A stretch of 61,404 nucleotides of DNA, filler included, from Choristocarpus tenellus KU-1152 (GCA_964200185.2; 7 parts of 7 records of this genome joined end to end with filler, not necessarily neighbours in it), one strand, 5' to 3'. Positions 26,072-39,718 are shown, counted from the first letter of the whole stretch. Numbers and translations are program-made. The notes: generated by a model from the letters alone, not told the origin.

Positions 26072-29000
26072 TCAGTTTGTGGAAGCAGTGTTGGTAGTGG
26101 ATTGTGGTACCCATGAAACAGGCACCAGCTTGCGCTCTTGTGCCCCTGCCAAAACACCCCCTCCCAGTTGGCTATAGAACCAAGCAAATGCACAATACAG
26201 TTGTAGACAAGGGAAACCCAATAAACCAATGGAAAGTTAGCGATGGTGTCACCATGATAATAAGGACGGCGTGTGAGGAGGTGTGGGTTCATCAAAGAAA
26301 TTCATTTAAAACAACAGGGAGGAGTCGTGCACCAGTAACAGTTCAACGGACTCAAGTCTGTCAATAGTAAAAGATACAGCTGCATGAGGTGTGCTCTCAC
26401 TGCCCTCCTACACACTGACCACCCTCTCATCTTTCCCCCGACCTATCACTCACCCACACGCCGCCATTCCATCATCCCCTCGGCTATCCCTCACAGTGCA
26501 CAGTTGTCCCTTCTCAGTTAGCATTCTTCGAAACTGAGCCAAGACCTCGGGGCTGGAAGATCTAAACGGCGCATTCTTGTGTGTGTTGAAGGTAATGAGG
26601 TTGACTACACAGTTCACATTTCGTAGCAGCTTTGCAAGCTGGACAGCGTCTTCCAGTGAGTCATTCACTCCATCAAGAAGAGTGTACTCCACGGACAGGA
26701 TACGCCGGGAGCAAGGGGGCTCATTGAGAGCACTACCAGCAGCAGGAACACCGACACCAGCTGTAGCAGCGTCCTTGAATTGGACTTTGTCATACGTGGT
26801 GCCAGATCTTGCCACGTCAACAGGAAGACTTGAGGCTTGACGTAGATGCTTGCTTGGGAAATGCTTCTCGAGTACCTCCATAAGGTTTGCCAAGGGATAT
26901 CGCCTGTTCACCGGGATGAGCTGAGAGGCAGAACACGGATAGGGGTTAAGGTTCTACTCACACCGAGGGACTTCTCAGGGCGAACAGAGCCAGTGCTTAA
27001 CGGACGGATCACTACAGAGGTAGTGGCGGTGGTACGCTTAGTGTGTTGACTTTTCCTTGTGAGATGCGATGTCAATGTAGGAGGGCGAGAGCACCTCCTT
27101 TGTGAGGCATAATGTCAAAAGGAACAACCCCCCAAAGAGAAGGGCGGAAGCTCAACACAACAATACGGACCTTCGACTACCACGTTTAATGCCACCTCCA
27201 TAAATGGTTGCACTTCATGTAAGGAGACCCTGGTACGTAAGGGGTGGATGGTTCTATCACATGCACAGAGACTTGCGTGCACGCCAAGGTTCCACGAGAG
27301 TCGCCGAAATGAAATTGGTCCGCTCAGCAACATTTGCCGGCCATGTCCCTCTGACCCTCACACAATATCATAACTACAGCTCGAAGCATGCTGTTCATGG
27401 CAATACTCTCATGACAACACATTTGTGGATTGTACCTTGTCTCGAACTGCATCCGTTGTTGCATGGAGAGAGACAGCTATACTGGCTCTATTTCCTTGAT
27501 CAGAGCAGAAGAGCTCTATCTGAGGCACCAGCCCTACTGTAGATACTGTAACGCGACTGGCCCGCAGACGCACCCCTTCAGTAGGATCCGTCAGAATTTT
27601 GACAGACCGCATAACCCTTTCCAATCGGATGCATGCGTCCATAAGCATAAGTGGGGCAGGGAAGACAAGGGCAGGGGGGGACTGTTTATTCATGGGTCAA
27701 GCAAATCGAGTTCAATTCTTGAGCTGAAGCTAGTACCTGTTCTTCAAAATGTAGTTCAAACTTATTTGAAGGAAGTTTACCTTGAAAATATATATGACAT
27801 TCCTCAACACGCCTAGGTCCGTTGGTTTTGCCTGCTCCCACTTCACTTCAAGTTAATAGATTCAATTCTTGAAAAGGCTTCTTGGACTACATACTGCAAA
27901 ACCTATCTCACGGGAATTACATGATCCATACAACCTGCAACTATGTTGACATATTTCCATAGATTGCTGGACATACCCCTGATGCTAGAGCCACATCTGA
28001 AAAGTGCAAAGAGACTGATAGGGGTGGTTCACCCCTTCCTGAGCAACAAAAGCAACAAAAGCAACAAAAGCATGCCGTTGCCCATGAATGTGGAGGTAGT
28101 GCAGGGAGTGATATACCCCACGTTGCTCTTTGGGTCTGAGGTATACGGGATGAACAAGGTGTATCACGTAGCGAATGCAAGTCCTCATTAACCAAAGCCT
28201 ACACATGATGGCCGGCCTTAGGGACACCTCAATAATCAGGCCCCAAATATTCGTTGTAAACTTGATCAAAACATCCACAGCAGCAGAGCAAAATAACAAA
28301 AAATAAACGTTTCCAAGTACACAGTCAACAACACAAAATTGTTAGAGACAACTTGAAACGGTCGCCAAAAAATGGTACTAACAACTTCGAGCAACAGATA
28401 AATGTATCAGCGAGTCACTGCAAAGTAAGCACTCGTCAAATAGCAAACAGATGTATCTCCTGAAATGAAAATGAGAGTTCAGATGAGTGTCCAAAAACAA
28501 AATGTAAGAAAATACTTAGACCTGTTGTAGAGAGATATGGCTATTGCGATCGATCAATCAGTAAGCCCAGTGGGAATGCATCACACCTATCATAGTTATC
28601 GAAGGGTTCACCCATGCCCATGTACACGACCCCAGTGACAGGCGATGTGTCACCTTCACTCTCCAGATACCGTTTGGCAATCAGTACTTGTTCCACCATC
28701 TTGACAAACACAGGGAAGACATTTTTTGAGTCAGGGAGAGGGCAGGTGAAGAGGGAAGTGAGGATGCACAGACACATTGGGTAACAATGTCTACGCATAT
28801 TGGGTAAGGATGTCTGTACAAAAGATGGAGAATACAGAGAGTGATGGTCAGGGAGGGATATAGAGAGATGTTTATAAAGAACACAGTCCAAGGGTTGGAA
28901 TTGGGATGAGAAGAAGGGCATGTCAAACCCATCATCCCCATTAATAAATAGGCAGTGGGATAACAAATTTGACAAGCAAATAGATCCACACTACGGTGCT

Positions 29001-30948
29001 ATCGTGTAGTATTGACTTACATAAGAATGGAAATGATTCTATGAAATACCTTCATCGTTTCTTTCAGGAATATCCTCAACTTTGCATGCATTTGCAATCC
29101 TAATGGTCCCCAGGTTCAATGCTCTGGTTCTCAAAACACATGCAGGTACAAGTACCACCATCACGTAAGCAATAAGGATAAAACATGGATGTAATGCTCA
29201 CCTGTGCAGTCTGCAAGTTGGCCATAAGGCCCAACCGCCCTGTATAGCAGAACTGGCAGTTCATGGCACACCCTACCTGGGATGACACACAGACTGTGTA
29301 TCTACATGAGTCTTTTGGTCCTCTGCGCAACCCCCCCCCACCCCACAACAAGACATCCAGTCCAATGATGTGTAGGAGGCATAGCATTGGGGATTGGTAA
29401 TCGACGGATTAGGAGGATGGAAGAGAGTGGGAATTTCACAGTGCACAGGACAGCGATTAAGGTCTCTGGTTGCTTGAGGAGATGGAAAGTGAAAGCACAA
29501 TTGTTGCCTTGTGTATGTCTCCTTTGATTGTCAAACAGGAATTCGTAGAAGGGCAGGGTGGAATTGTGAGTTCGCATTGATGGGGCAAGGTTCACATGGC
29601 AACGTGGCAGGATAATGGTGAGGAAAGGCTAGGAAAGGTGAGATGGGACATTGGAGTGGACATATGGTATAGAAGTGATTATCCTATATTCTCAATACAA
29701 AAAAAGGAGCTTGGTGAAAGCAGTGGTCTTTAAGGGAACATTCTGCAAACAAATGTAGTCCCAGAGCAATCACCAACAAGTGGGAAAATATTAGGCCACT
29801 GCCCTTGACCTTGCTCTGGCTTAATTCCTATGATGCACCTCACCCCTGCATTGGAATGATAACTGTCTCGACATGTTTCCCAGCACCTTCACCGGTCGTT
29901 AGCCTGGACACCATCTTGCGAGTTCCATCCGACGTTACCTGAATATCCTGCGACCATGTGATAGTTGAATAAAGGTCAACCGCAACTAATCGGTTTTATA
30001 AGCACGCCACCAAAAGGTCCACGGCTTGAATCTCACCACCACTATCGCACACTCCCAGTTGATCCAGAACATCAATGTACCACACAACCATGGGACTAAT
30101 GCCTGCAACCAAGAATACAAAATGTATCACCAAGACGCAAACAATGGCCAATTGACAAACAACAATGATTGGTGTTTTATTCCTCCTCTACACCACACAC
30201 ATAAGGCGCCGCTATAAGCATTACGGCCTAACTACGTTGTCTACAATCGCGTTCAGGACCAACAAGAGATTCTCGTTGGAGTGTACACATTTGTACCCGA
30301 ACTGACCACGTGAAATGTTCTTCCTCACAATAATCGCTGCCTTACCTCAAGATCAAGTCCTCCATCCATGGTCACCTCAGCTCGAAGCTTCGCTCGCACC
30401 TCCCGTCCGAGCCGGTATGTATCCTTTGGATCCCATGCTGCCTCGTCGATGTCGCGAATTAGACGTCTGTCGTGGTACATCCAACGAGCAAGCAGGACTG
30501 CTCGCCTCGGTGCTTCTCCTAGCCTAACCATTAGATCCTCCATTTCTGAAAACACAAGCCCCTTGAGCATGATCTTGGAGTGCAATGAGGATTACCACGT
30601 AGACTTGAATCAGATGTGTTAGTGAAGAGGGTACAATGAGGGTAGTTCACTTCCTGTCATAAAGTCCAAGTGACTAAATCGTCAGATTAGGGGACTCAAT
30701 GATCCAGGGAAGCGTGATTGGTCCTCGATCCATTCACTGACAGCGAAGCTAACCTTTCCTGTGGCATCAAGCTCGACGCCTTCACCCACTTGGTCCCAGG
30801 TACTTGGAGAGGTAATTCTGACGGCCCTGCATTGCTTCAGCCCACTAGATGCCCCCACCGTTCGCTTTGTTTGACCGAAATGGGCGAAAGCTATCGTTTT
30901 AGTTGGAAGGCACAGCCATAGGCTGGTTACAAACCTCTTTGTCAACAT
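26072..30948 (-). CDS. rlmN: RlmN-type radical SAM dual-specificity RNA (m2A) methyltransferase, likely plastid-targeted; exons 30948-30754, 30573-30346, 29947-29844, 29322-29202, 28699-28587, 27616-27436, 26920-26454, 26171-26072
   Basis: [33 protein letters not shown] (CxxxCxxC), [58 protein letters not shown]. All intron phases are consistent. N-terminus [21 protein letters not shown]. Confidence 0.93.
27960..28260 (+). mobile_element. Non-LTR retrotransposon (LINE) ORF2 fragment inside an rlmN intron, antisense to the host gene
   Basis: Translates to ...[43 protein letters not shown], resembling the post-RT 'VLPTLLYGSEVW' region of LINEs. Contains a tandem triplication of AGCAACAAA. Confidence 0.55.
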
Positions 30949-32096
30949 CAATAAGCACAATGTCGATAGTGAAGGTTGTGTGAAGGTTGTCTCCACGCGT
31001 TCTTGAGCGCGCGAGGGTTGTTTTATTCTATGATAGTTTTTTTCAACCCTACCTAGTATGTCTCCGTGTTGAAGCAGAGGACGTTGAAGGCCAATGTTGA
31101 ACAGATTGCAGACCTCGATCGACATCCCCTTCAAACGCTGGTACCACCACAGTCATTCGCCACCCTCCTTTGAAGGTAGAGGATAGGACCGCATCCTCCG
31201 TCCATGCAAAAATACATAACCAAAATATATTATTGTTGTAAGAAAACACAGAAAACAAATAATAATAGAGGTCCAGGTCTTGTCCCAATATCGTTTCGAT
31301 TCCCTTTGTGCTTGCCTGCCATGTCTTGAAATCTGACCGGTCGTCACGTTGAGTGTCTTCCGTGAAACAGAAGGTTAGGCTGGGAAAAGAGAAAGGGGCG
31401 AAATGGAGGTTGATTGCCTCATATCTTCTGCAAAATAGGACAATAGTGAGGTGTACCTTATTTTGTGTATATGATATTATTGTGTTGTTGAATTGAGTCC
31501 ATGNNNNNNNNNNAGTACATCCGGATTATGTATGGGATTATATATTGGTATTTATTGCGCATTCAACTACTTTGACATAACCGTTGACTTAGATAGAAAG
31601 CACAAATAAATAATATAGAAGCAATGAGAAGAGACCACGCAGAGGTCACTCTTCCAATTACAACCATGTAATCACGTTCAGCAAAGGGGGTCGTGTGAGG
31701 CTTCACACCTTCTTATCTTCACTACTAACAAATAGCATTACCTCTCAAGGTAATTTGCACATATTTCAACTCTAGATTTTGTTATCCTTAGGATAGATGG
31801 GGGGTGAAGAAGGACAAACTTAGAATTCTACCACAAAAATACGCTGTCGTCCATTTAGTTGTGCTTCAGAAACTGTCTACTCCTCGCAGAAAGCTTTCTA
31901 TCTCCACATTTTTATTATTATGCCCTCTGATTTTTTTCAGATGTGTCAGGGGAACACCAATAAAAACTATACACATTGTCAGTGTAAGCCCTAAAGAAAT
32001 GTCATAATGTGACACTAATCTATTTTGTTACTTCACCACTATCTATGTTGTACTACTGCCTTCCTGTGTCTCCGATCTACCTATACCTGTACCCCA

Positions 32097-32205
32097 GGGG
32101 GAGGGGCTAGGGAGGAATCCCAAGAATCCAACAAACCCTTCCGTGCCCATCTCCCTGGTGACTACAGCTTAAAACGTATGACACGTCTGGACAGTGCCAC
32201 TACTT
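32097..32205 (+). repeat. Dispersed ~105-bp repeat, copy 1 (copy 2 at 56802-56910)
   Basis: GCTAGGGAGG..CCAAGAATCCAACA.ACCC.TCC.TG.CCATCTCCCTGGTGACT..AG.TT.AA....ATGACACGTC..GACA.TGCCACT is shared between the two loci. Confidence 0.75.
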
Positions 32206-32753
32206 GCGTAGTTACTGAGACAATTTGGAGTAGCCGGGATTTAACCGCTCCTTTCCTGCTATATCCTCCCACCCCTCGCCCCCCTACCATGTGAGTAGCC
32301 AGCTCATCCAGGAAGCATTCAGCTTGCTTCTCGAGGCGCCCNNNNNNNNNNNNNNNNNNNNNNNNNNNNNNNNNNNNNNNNNNNNTTAATTAATTAANNN
32401 NNNNNNNNNNNNNNNNNNNNNNNNNNNNNNNNNNNNNNNNNGGTCAAACCCATCCTCCATAGTATGCTCCATCCTCAATTTTGGTGAGAGGCGGTTAGTT
32501 CCAGATTTTATACTGCATTTTTTTTGCAAATCGGAGTTCCCCCTTTTGGGGTTCCCCACGTGCGTACACTGCTCGCGCCGGTTAAAGCGCGTGAAGAAAT
32601 ACTCGCACTATTCGACTGTAACAACTGATCTACTTCAAACCTTGGTCTTTCACTAAAATGGTGCATTGAATATCCCGCAAGGTTGAAGAGTAAAGGAAGG
32701 ATGACCTAACCGTAGACACAACAATTGATGTGCCGTGTATTTCACAGGTATTT

Positions 32754-33010
32754 GATTCAAAGTATTTAATAGGGTACAGCTCTGTCTGTTTGAGGTCCAA
32801 AATCCACTGTTGCGATTTTGATGTAATTTTGGCTGTCGTGTTTGTAAGTAGTTTCAATATCCTTGCTTCGGACACACCTTTCATACTCGTACGCATTTTA
32901 CCAACTCCGAAATGTTCGAAAACCGAAAGAGGGTACAAAAAACCCCTGGGAAGTCAAGCCCTGAACGGACAAATAGAACAAAATTCCTACCCTCTTAAAT
33001 GCCTTTCGTC
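32754..33010 (+). mobile_element. MITE family A copy (~255 bp)
   Basis: TIR-like ends GATTCAAAGTATTTAATAGGGTA...TACCCTCTTAAATGCCTTTCGTC. Shares the internal core AAAATCCA.TGTTGC.ATTTTGATGTAATTTTGGCT..CAATATCCTTG.T.CGGACACACCTTTCATA with the other copies. Confidence 0.8.
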
Positions 33011-33199
33011 TTTGTTCAAGTATCTGGCACAGTTCCAGTGCACAGGTCTGTGTTTGGAAACTACTGTTGTCATTGGGAACAACCACTATAATATTTTTTT
33101 CACTTTTTCGCAGGGATTTTTTAAAATACAAACCAATCTCCAACCCTAACCTGTGTGTGGAAATAACCCTAGGCTTCGTTCGAAGAAGTAAAAAATATG

Positions 33200-35760
33200 A
33201 CAGTGGTGGTTTCCCAAGACTGGTGGCTCCTGAAGGTGGGGGGATTCCCTTGTGCACTGCACCGTCAAAGAACAAAAGATGACTAAATCGCAGACACACA
33301 AAGCAATGTACCATCTACTTCAGAGGTACTAGTTTGTAATCATCCTCGACTCAAACGTTTGGATGTACATCCTGTCCCACCTGGTTCAATAAAGTGCTTA
33401 CTGCTAATGGTTCACCACTGGATGTTGTGGGCTTATTCTTTTTTCGCTTACACTTGGTAGTAACACATTGCCTGTTAAGCTTATGTGATTCCCCAACTTG
33501 ATTATGATAAAATGCTGCTTGATAACAGTGCCATCTAGAACTTCGGTGCACAGTCCTATATTGGCAAGAACAACGCCTCTCGTTCCACAACAGCTCATGT
33601 ACCAATTCCAACAAGATATCGTCAACAAAAAGACCCACACAACAAGTACCCATCATAAATTCTACTCCTTCGTGTTTGTAGTGAATGTGCAACGTGACTT
33701 TGAACCTGTACCCACCTGTTTCCCTAGGCAGTGCAATACACCACCTGGTCATGAAATCACCGTCTGTTGCAGAAATGCTGACAGCCAATCCCTCGGTACT
33801 GCAATTGGAAATGAAACCAATTATATGTCCCATGCCCAAGGTAGACCATCAAAATTAACCCAAGCATCCATGGAATTGTATTGTCGTTGCAAGGACTCTC
33901 AGTACTTGGTCAGCAAATGGTAAGTCAGTATTCGTTGGTTTAGCTGGCAAACCCAACCACACATACCGTTCGTATCAAGAATCACCATGTGATTGGTGAC
34001 TGGACGCCAACTTGTGATTATACACCCGAAGCCGTTAATGCTCTGAATACTGATTCTGCCTCGCTGAGTAAAGCTAGAGAGAAATTACGTCAAGGTTTCG
34101 AAAAGATAATTTCAAATATACTGCATCCAATCAGTCATAAGTGTCTCGACATTTTAGACCCATGTACTCACAACAACTAATATTTGTCGAATCCAGTAGA
34201 ACTGGATAAATGTATTGCGGCTGAAGTAATAATTTCTACAAAGCCTGGCACCAAAACCTGTTGATACAAACCTGTACAGAGCAAACCCTCGTACTCAAGA
34301 AGAAATTGACTCATTTGTTAATGTTGAAATCTTCAACTGGATGAAGTTGTGCTCTGAACCATAGGTTGACATTGATGTGTGTTGATTTAGATGAAGCGGT
34401 CTGTGTAGAAGCATAGGGTCTTGGGATAGTGAAGAACTGATCCAGTGTACCGAAGCAGTGATGAAATCCAATGTGATAAGTCTAGTGATGACCTCTACAA
34501 AGAAGCTTTAGTGGTGTGCTATGCGAACAGGCTTTACAGAACAGTACAGCACTAATCAGTGTCGTAGGGTAGGATAGCTACGTATGCTCATGAGTAGAGG
34601 CGTGTTTCCTTATGTTGAAGATTATGGATATATCAACTCTGAATATATCCCATTCAGGTGTGCATAAGTGTACATTTACTGCACAGTGAAGTCGAGTTCT
34701 CACAAGGGGGTGACACTTAAAAACTATCAAACAAGATACTGGGGTTATTCCGTCCTTTACAAAATAAAAAGAACCAAATCTAAGTCTGAGTCAACGCCTA
34801 TGTGTCACAAGGGTGTTGATGTACCGAGTTTGTAGGGTGGATACGGACCGCCATTCCATGTAACAAAGGCAAACATGACTATACAAAGTGAACCAGTAAG
34901 ACATATGACCATACACATTGCAGGTCCGTATACAGTAGTTGTGAATTCTCACACACTACTGAAACATTACTGGAGAGCAGGTCAACAGTCGACATGGGGT
35001 GATGACACCGAATTGTATATATGTATCGCAGAGAGAGTAGCCTATGCCTTAACAGGTAACCCTTATGGAAGAGGTAGGCATCATTGAAAAACATTGTAGT
35101 CCTTGGGGTAGTCCTATTACCATTGTAGTCAAGTCTGATGTTCTCCACGTTTCTGTGTAGTCTACCTGTATTGACATCTTGTCAGATAGACTTGGCCTAT
35201 AATGCCTGATATGGAATCACACGTTGATACCGTGTGTGGTGCTAAATTTGTCACCGTTTCTGATATTCAGAGTGCGTATTGGCAGATTCCATTTGCCAAA
35301 ATTATATTGATAAGACTTCTTCCTAAACTTCCAGAGGCCAACGTGATTTTAAGAAGTTGCCATTTGGAATATCGAATGCTCCGTGGCAACTTAAAAAATA
35401 ATTATATTGATAGCCTTTGTCAACTTTGACCCACTTAGTGGTTTGCTCATTCACATGGATGGTTTTACTGCTTCTCCTATGTGCGAAGGACGTTTGCACT
35501 TACTATAGCAGCAGTTCAAAGCTTCTACAGACAACAGGCTTAACCTTGAAACCGTCAAATATCCAATTTGAACCTGAAGATGTGTGTTACTTGGGTTACT
35601 TTTGTCGTCGGAAGGGATTTCGTATTGGTGAAGATCGGGTTCATGCTACCACTGAATTCCCTAACCCACCACTATCAAAGAACATCGATCTGTCCCAGGT
35701 ATGATTCATTTTATAGGGAATTATTTACTCAAATTTCACACCATGTGCTATCATCGAAAT
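33200..35760 (+). mobile_element. Degenerate Ty3/Gypsy LTR retrotransposon pol (protease-adjacent region and RT), with stops, frameshifts and an internal solo-LTR insertion
   Basis: LTANGSPLDVVG (~33395-33432). LYRANPRTQEEIDSFV (34270-34320) resumes after the insertion as MEEVGIIEKHCSPWGSPITIVVKSD (35065-35140). Then MPDMESHVDTVCGAKFVTVSDIQSAYWQIP and GLTLKPSNIQF..EDVCYLGY. Outer boundaries are approximate. Confidence 0.85.
34322..35054. mobile_element. Solo LTR (733 bp) inserted into the Gypsy RT
   Basis: Begins TGTTGA and ends TTAACA (TG...CA with short inverted termini). Flanked by GTTAA (34317-34321) and GGTAA (35055-35059), a 5-bp TSD with one mismatch. RT coding similarity stops and resumes at these edges. 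Confidence 0.75.
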
Positions 35761-38700
35761 GATTTTTTCCGTTCATATCATTGGATACCCCTTGCCCTCA
35801 CCTTTCACCTCACGTATATTTGATCGGTTTTGACCTAGAATTTTAAAGCTTTATGAACACATGGCCATATGCCTTCCTATTAGTTCCTTACATAGTACTT
35901 GGTACTCATGTTTTTTTTATAGTGGAGCGTGTTGTGGTTCGTCTGAGAAGGGGTGGGGATAGCTTTAAGATGAAGAAAAGTAAAGGTAAAAATACTTATC
36001 CTAATTGGAAAGAAAAAAGACCGTCCCTATTCCCTCCCCTCCATAAGATGAAAAAATAAGGATAGGTTGAAACAGGCAATCAATATTAGATGTATCCACA
36101 CAATAATATAATATAGTGATACCAATAGCTTTCTATATTGTAGTGTAACTGTTGTGGTGTCACGGTGAAAAAAGGTATGTTGCCACAGAGGGCGAAGCTA
36201 CTGGTACCACCTTACCTATTCTCAACAATAGTCTAACCTTAACTGTCCTATAAAAGAAAAATAGTGGTAGAAAAATAGTAGTGCAAGAAGAGTATGTGTG
36301 TATATTTTCTGTAAGGGTTGGGTTCTTATTACATCGGTCATTTCCTGTTTGACTTTTTTGCGTAACAAAATAGTACTACATATATGCACCTCTAACAACT
36401 ATCGATCCTCAATTCCATCCCCAAAAAGTTCGCCTCTCCTCAGCTTAATTGAACAAAATGTGTAATGAATCTCCGTTCCGCAATAATTGTTCCATCAATC
36501 TTACTCTATTTCTCGTACTTAAACGTCCTATTAATATATCTATGTTGGTTCGTTACTCATCACACAACCTTGCACTCCATCCCTTATTCATGTTTACAGG
36601 CAACAGTCACAGCCACTTGTTCTTCTCCTGTCCACCTTCCTTCCTTCCGTCATCTGGAAGTTCCCCAAACATTCGGAAGTAGTTGCTCATACTCCACGCA
36701 TAAAACCGACATGCATATGCCCCTGTATAACACTGGGGGCAAGGGGCAAGGAGTTGCCCCTACTCAAGAAGAATAGACTTGCCCCTATCCACTAACAATG
36801 GGATATTCTATCTGGGAGTGCTGGGATGTCCAGGGTGAAAGGGTTTGCCTTGCCCCTATATTAAAACACATGTACACGTCGTGTGACCAAGTTCTGTGTG
36901 ATGGGGGGCGATGAGAACCGCGAGAGATAAGGTTCAGGAAGGAAGTGAGAGATGGGGTTGAGTCATGCTGGGGAAGAGTTGATAATTTCAGAGTAGCATG
37001 TTCCTCAATCCCCACTGCGATTGGCTGTGACCAGTCGGAACAGAACACATTGCTGATTTGAATCCACCCTTTATGTGGATATAATATCACATCTTCCGTT
37101 CTTTTATTTATATCACGTGATACATGATATCTTTTAGCATTTTCCTTTTTCGTATGGCGAATCAGTTCCTCTACGGGTTCTTTTATCAGCTGCCAATTGA
37201 GGGATATACTTTCTCTCATAATTAATTGAAACCTAAAAATATCTGTATAGACATTTAACCTCTAGAGAGGGATGTGTATCTGGAATACCTTGAAAATGAC
37301 ATCATGATATAGCTATTTCTTTTTTGTCGGAAATCGTGTCCCAAACAATGTTTTTGCCTTGACACAAACGGAGCCTACGGTTTGGAAGGTTGACAGTACC
37401 GTGGCAACCATTAATTGTTTATAGTTTGTCTAAGTCGGAGAGGCCAAAACAATATTGTAGAGCATCAATGTATTCATAACATTGTAATTTCCAAGTTTAA
37501 AGGGGCGCTTGTAGTATAGCTGGTATTCAAATATTAAACAGATTTTAGAGAGACATCTTCACATTTACGACAACTGTTACGTTTACAGGAGTCTTTGTGA
37601 TATTTGTTCTGTTTTTCCTGCCACGTCTATAAAAGGTCAGAGGGCACAATAATATACCCGGGGCAGAGGAGTAGGTAGATGGGAAGCAAAGGACGACAGT
37701 AGCACAATATTTTATATTGGTGAAGTAACTGATAGATGATTAGTGGTTTCCACACTTGCAGTGTTTTATAGTGTTATTACGTTTAGGACATTATATTTCT
37801 TTAGAGCTAATATGTGAATCGTGTGATTCTGTGGCGGCGTGGTTCACTCAGGCAAGGGTGGTGAAGAGAATCACCGGGCAAGNNNNNNNNNNNNNNNNNN
37901 NNNNNNNNNNNNNNNNNNNNNNNNNNTTAATTAATTAANNNNNNNNNNNNNNNNNNNNNNNNNNNNNNNNNNNNNNNNNNNNCCCCCCCAGATACTTTGG
38001 GTCTTAACCCCACATTAATCACACAGCACCTTCTAATATGTATCCCCAAGCTCCCTCGAAGCAAAAAAATACAACCTAGAACTCACTCAAAAAAGCATTT
38101 CCAATTTTTTCCTATTGGAATTAAGTTTGCGCAGCCCCTGCCTGAGTCACCTCTCGGAGGTCCCTGCCGTGTACACCACACTCTATTTGCCCTCCCTCTG
38201 CCTGCCACACTGTGTGGCTCCCATCCTTTTCCAAGGAAACAACCTGAATATGCCAATTCAACCAATATCCGGCGATCGGATGGGCGAACAAGGTAGGGGG
38301 TGAGTGTGGACTACTGGTTGACAGTTCCATCAATAAGTCGCCCTATTTGATTTACATTCAGAGGGGAAGGATTAGGGTATTGTCAAAAACAATTCCTCTC
38401 ATATTACCAGTCTATATGGGCCTCTTATCACCAAAGAGCCTAAAGACTTGATGCCGTTCATGTTGGATTGCTCAACATAGACAGACTATTTTGTATGAGA
38501 TAACAAGATGGTGTATTTCGTTTAGCCCAACTCACCCAAGCCTTCCCAATGACTATTTGCTCAACCAATTGTGTTTATCGTCCGACCATTTTCTGATAAC
38601 TTGTCCTTCGATCATTAGCTACAGCTGCATGAGTAGTAGTTTGAAGCACTAGTTATATATCTTTGATGTGTGGTCGGTTACTTTCGAGGAATTCAAGAAA

Positions 38701-38893
38701 AAAAAAATTGGTGAAAAGATATCTTCAAGAATAAGAACTTCCTTCCGAGAGATGGAGAAGTGGACTACAACCAACAAATGTCATTAATCTTCACTAAGAA
38801 AAATAGGGAGCAGACACATATAAGGAACCTAGCTGTAGGAGGGGGAGGGGGGTAAAGACAGTTTGGATGAACGTTTCGAAGGAGGGAGTATTT

Positions 38894-39153
38894 GAGTGAA
38901 AGTATCTTAGAGGGTAAAACCGCGTCCGTTTGGGGGGAAAAATCCGATGTTTTGATTTTGATGTAATTGTGGATAGTGTGTTTATTAGTAAGTGTCAATC
39001 TCCTTGTTCCGGACACACTTTTTCATAACGTATACATTTTTACTCCGAAATATTTCAGAGTAGGAAAATGTTATAATAAAACCTGTGGAGAGCCAAGCTC
39101 CAAACGGACAAACAGGGCAAAACTCGTACCCTAACCCTAAGGTACTTTCAATC
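38894..39153 (+). mobile_element. MITE family A copy
   Basis: GAGTGAAAGTATCTTAGAGGGTA...CGTACCCTAACCCTAAGGTACTTTCAATC; TTT on both flanks. Confidence 0.85.
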
Positions 39154-39718
39154 TTTCTCACCTCTGCTGGTACCCACTTCTCTCCCTCAGCATTACCATC
39201 GTTAATCCTCAGCTGCACATCAGCTCCAGGATGAAAGAGTGTACGTTTCCTGTGCTGCAGCTCTAGTGTGTCAGTACCTGGAACATCCTTTGTAGATGGA
39301 CTGTCAACGCTTCCTGAGGAGGACCTTTCATCTCTGGATGAGTGCATTCCCTCTCCAATTGTTATCAGCTCCTACAAATGCGGCACACAAGGCAATGGGT
39401 GATACGAGAGGTTGTGTGTGATCAGGAATTGGATGTGAAACATTAGAATATATTGCATTGGTCCAAGAATGAGGGAGTTCTTGCACTAACTCTAACCCTA
39501 AGTAACCTCCACTTGTCAGTGAAGACATCACTGTAACCTGTGTTCGTTCCCTCCTCAAAATTTGTGTGATGAATATAATAAAATACTTTTTTATCTCCCC
39601 TCTGGAACTCCGTTCAAGAACAAGAATCTAAACCACAAGACGGTTGCTCAACTCCTGTCTACTACTGCGTACAAAAAGCATCACTCCACCAATAGAATAG
39701 AAAATACAATGTATTAAT

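Noticed and set aside
1096-30948. Functional cluster of plastid-targeted RNA/redox enzymes (exonuclease, MsrB, RlmN)
   Set aside because: The genes are interspersed with unrelated ones and rlmN lies across an artificial linker, so co-location is plausibly chance.
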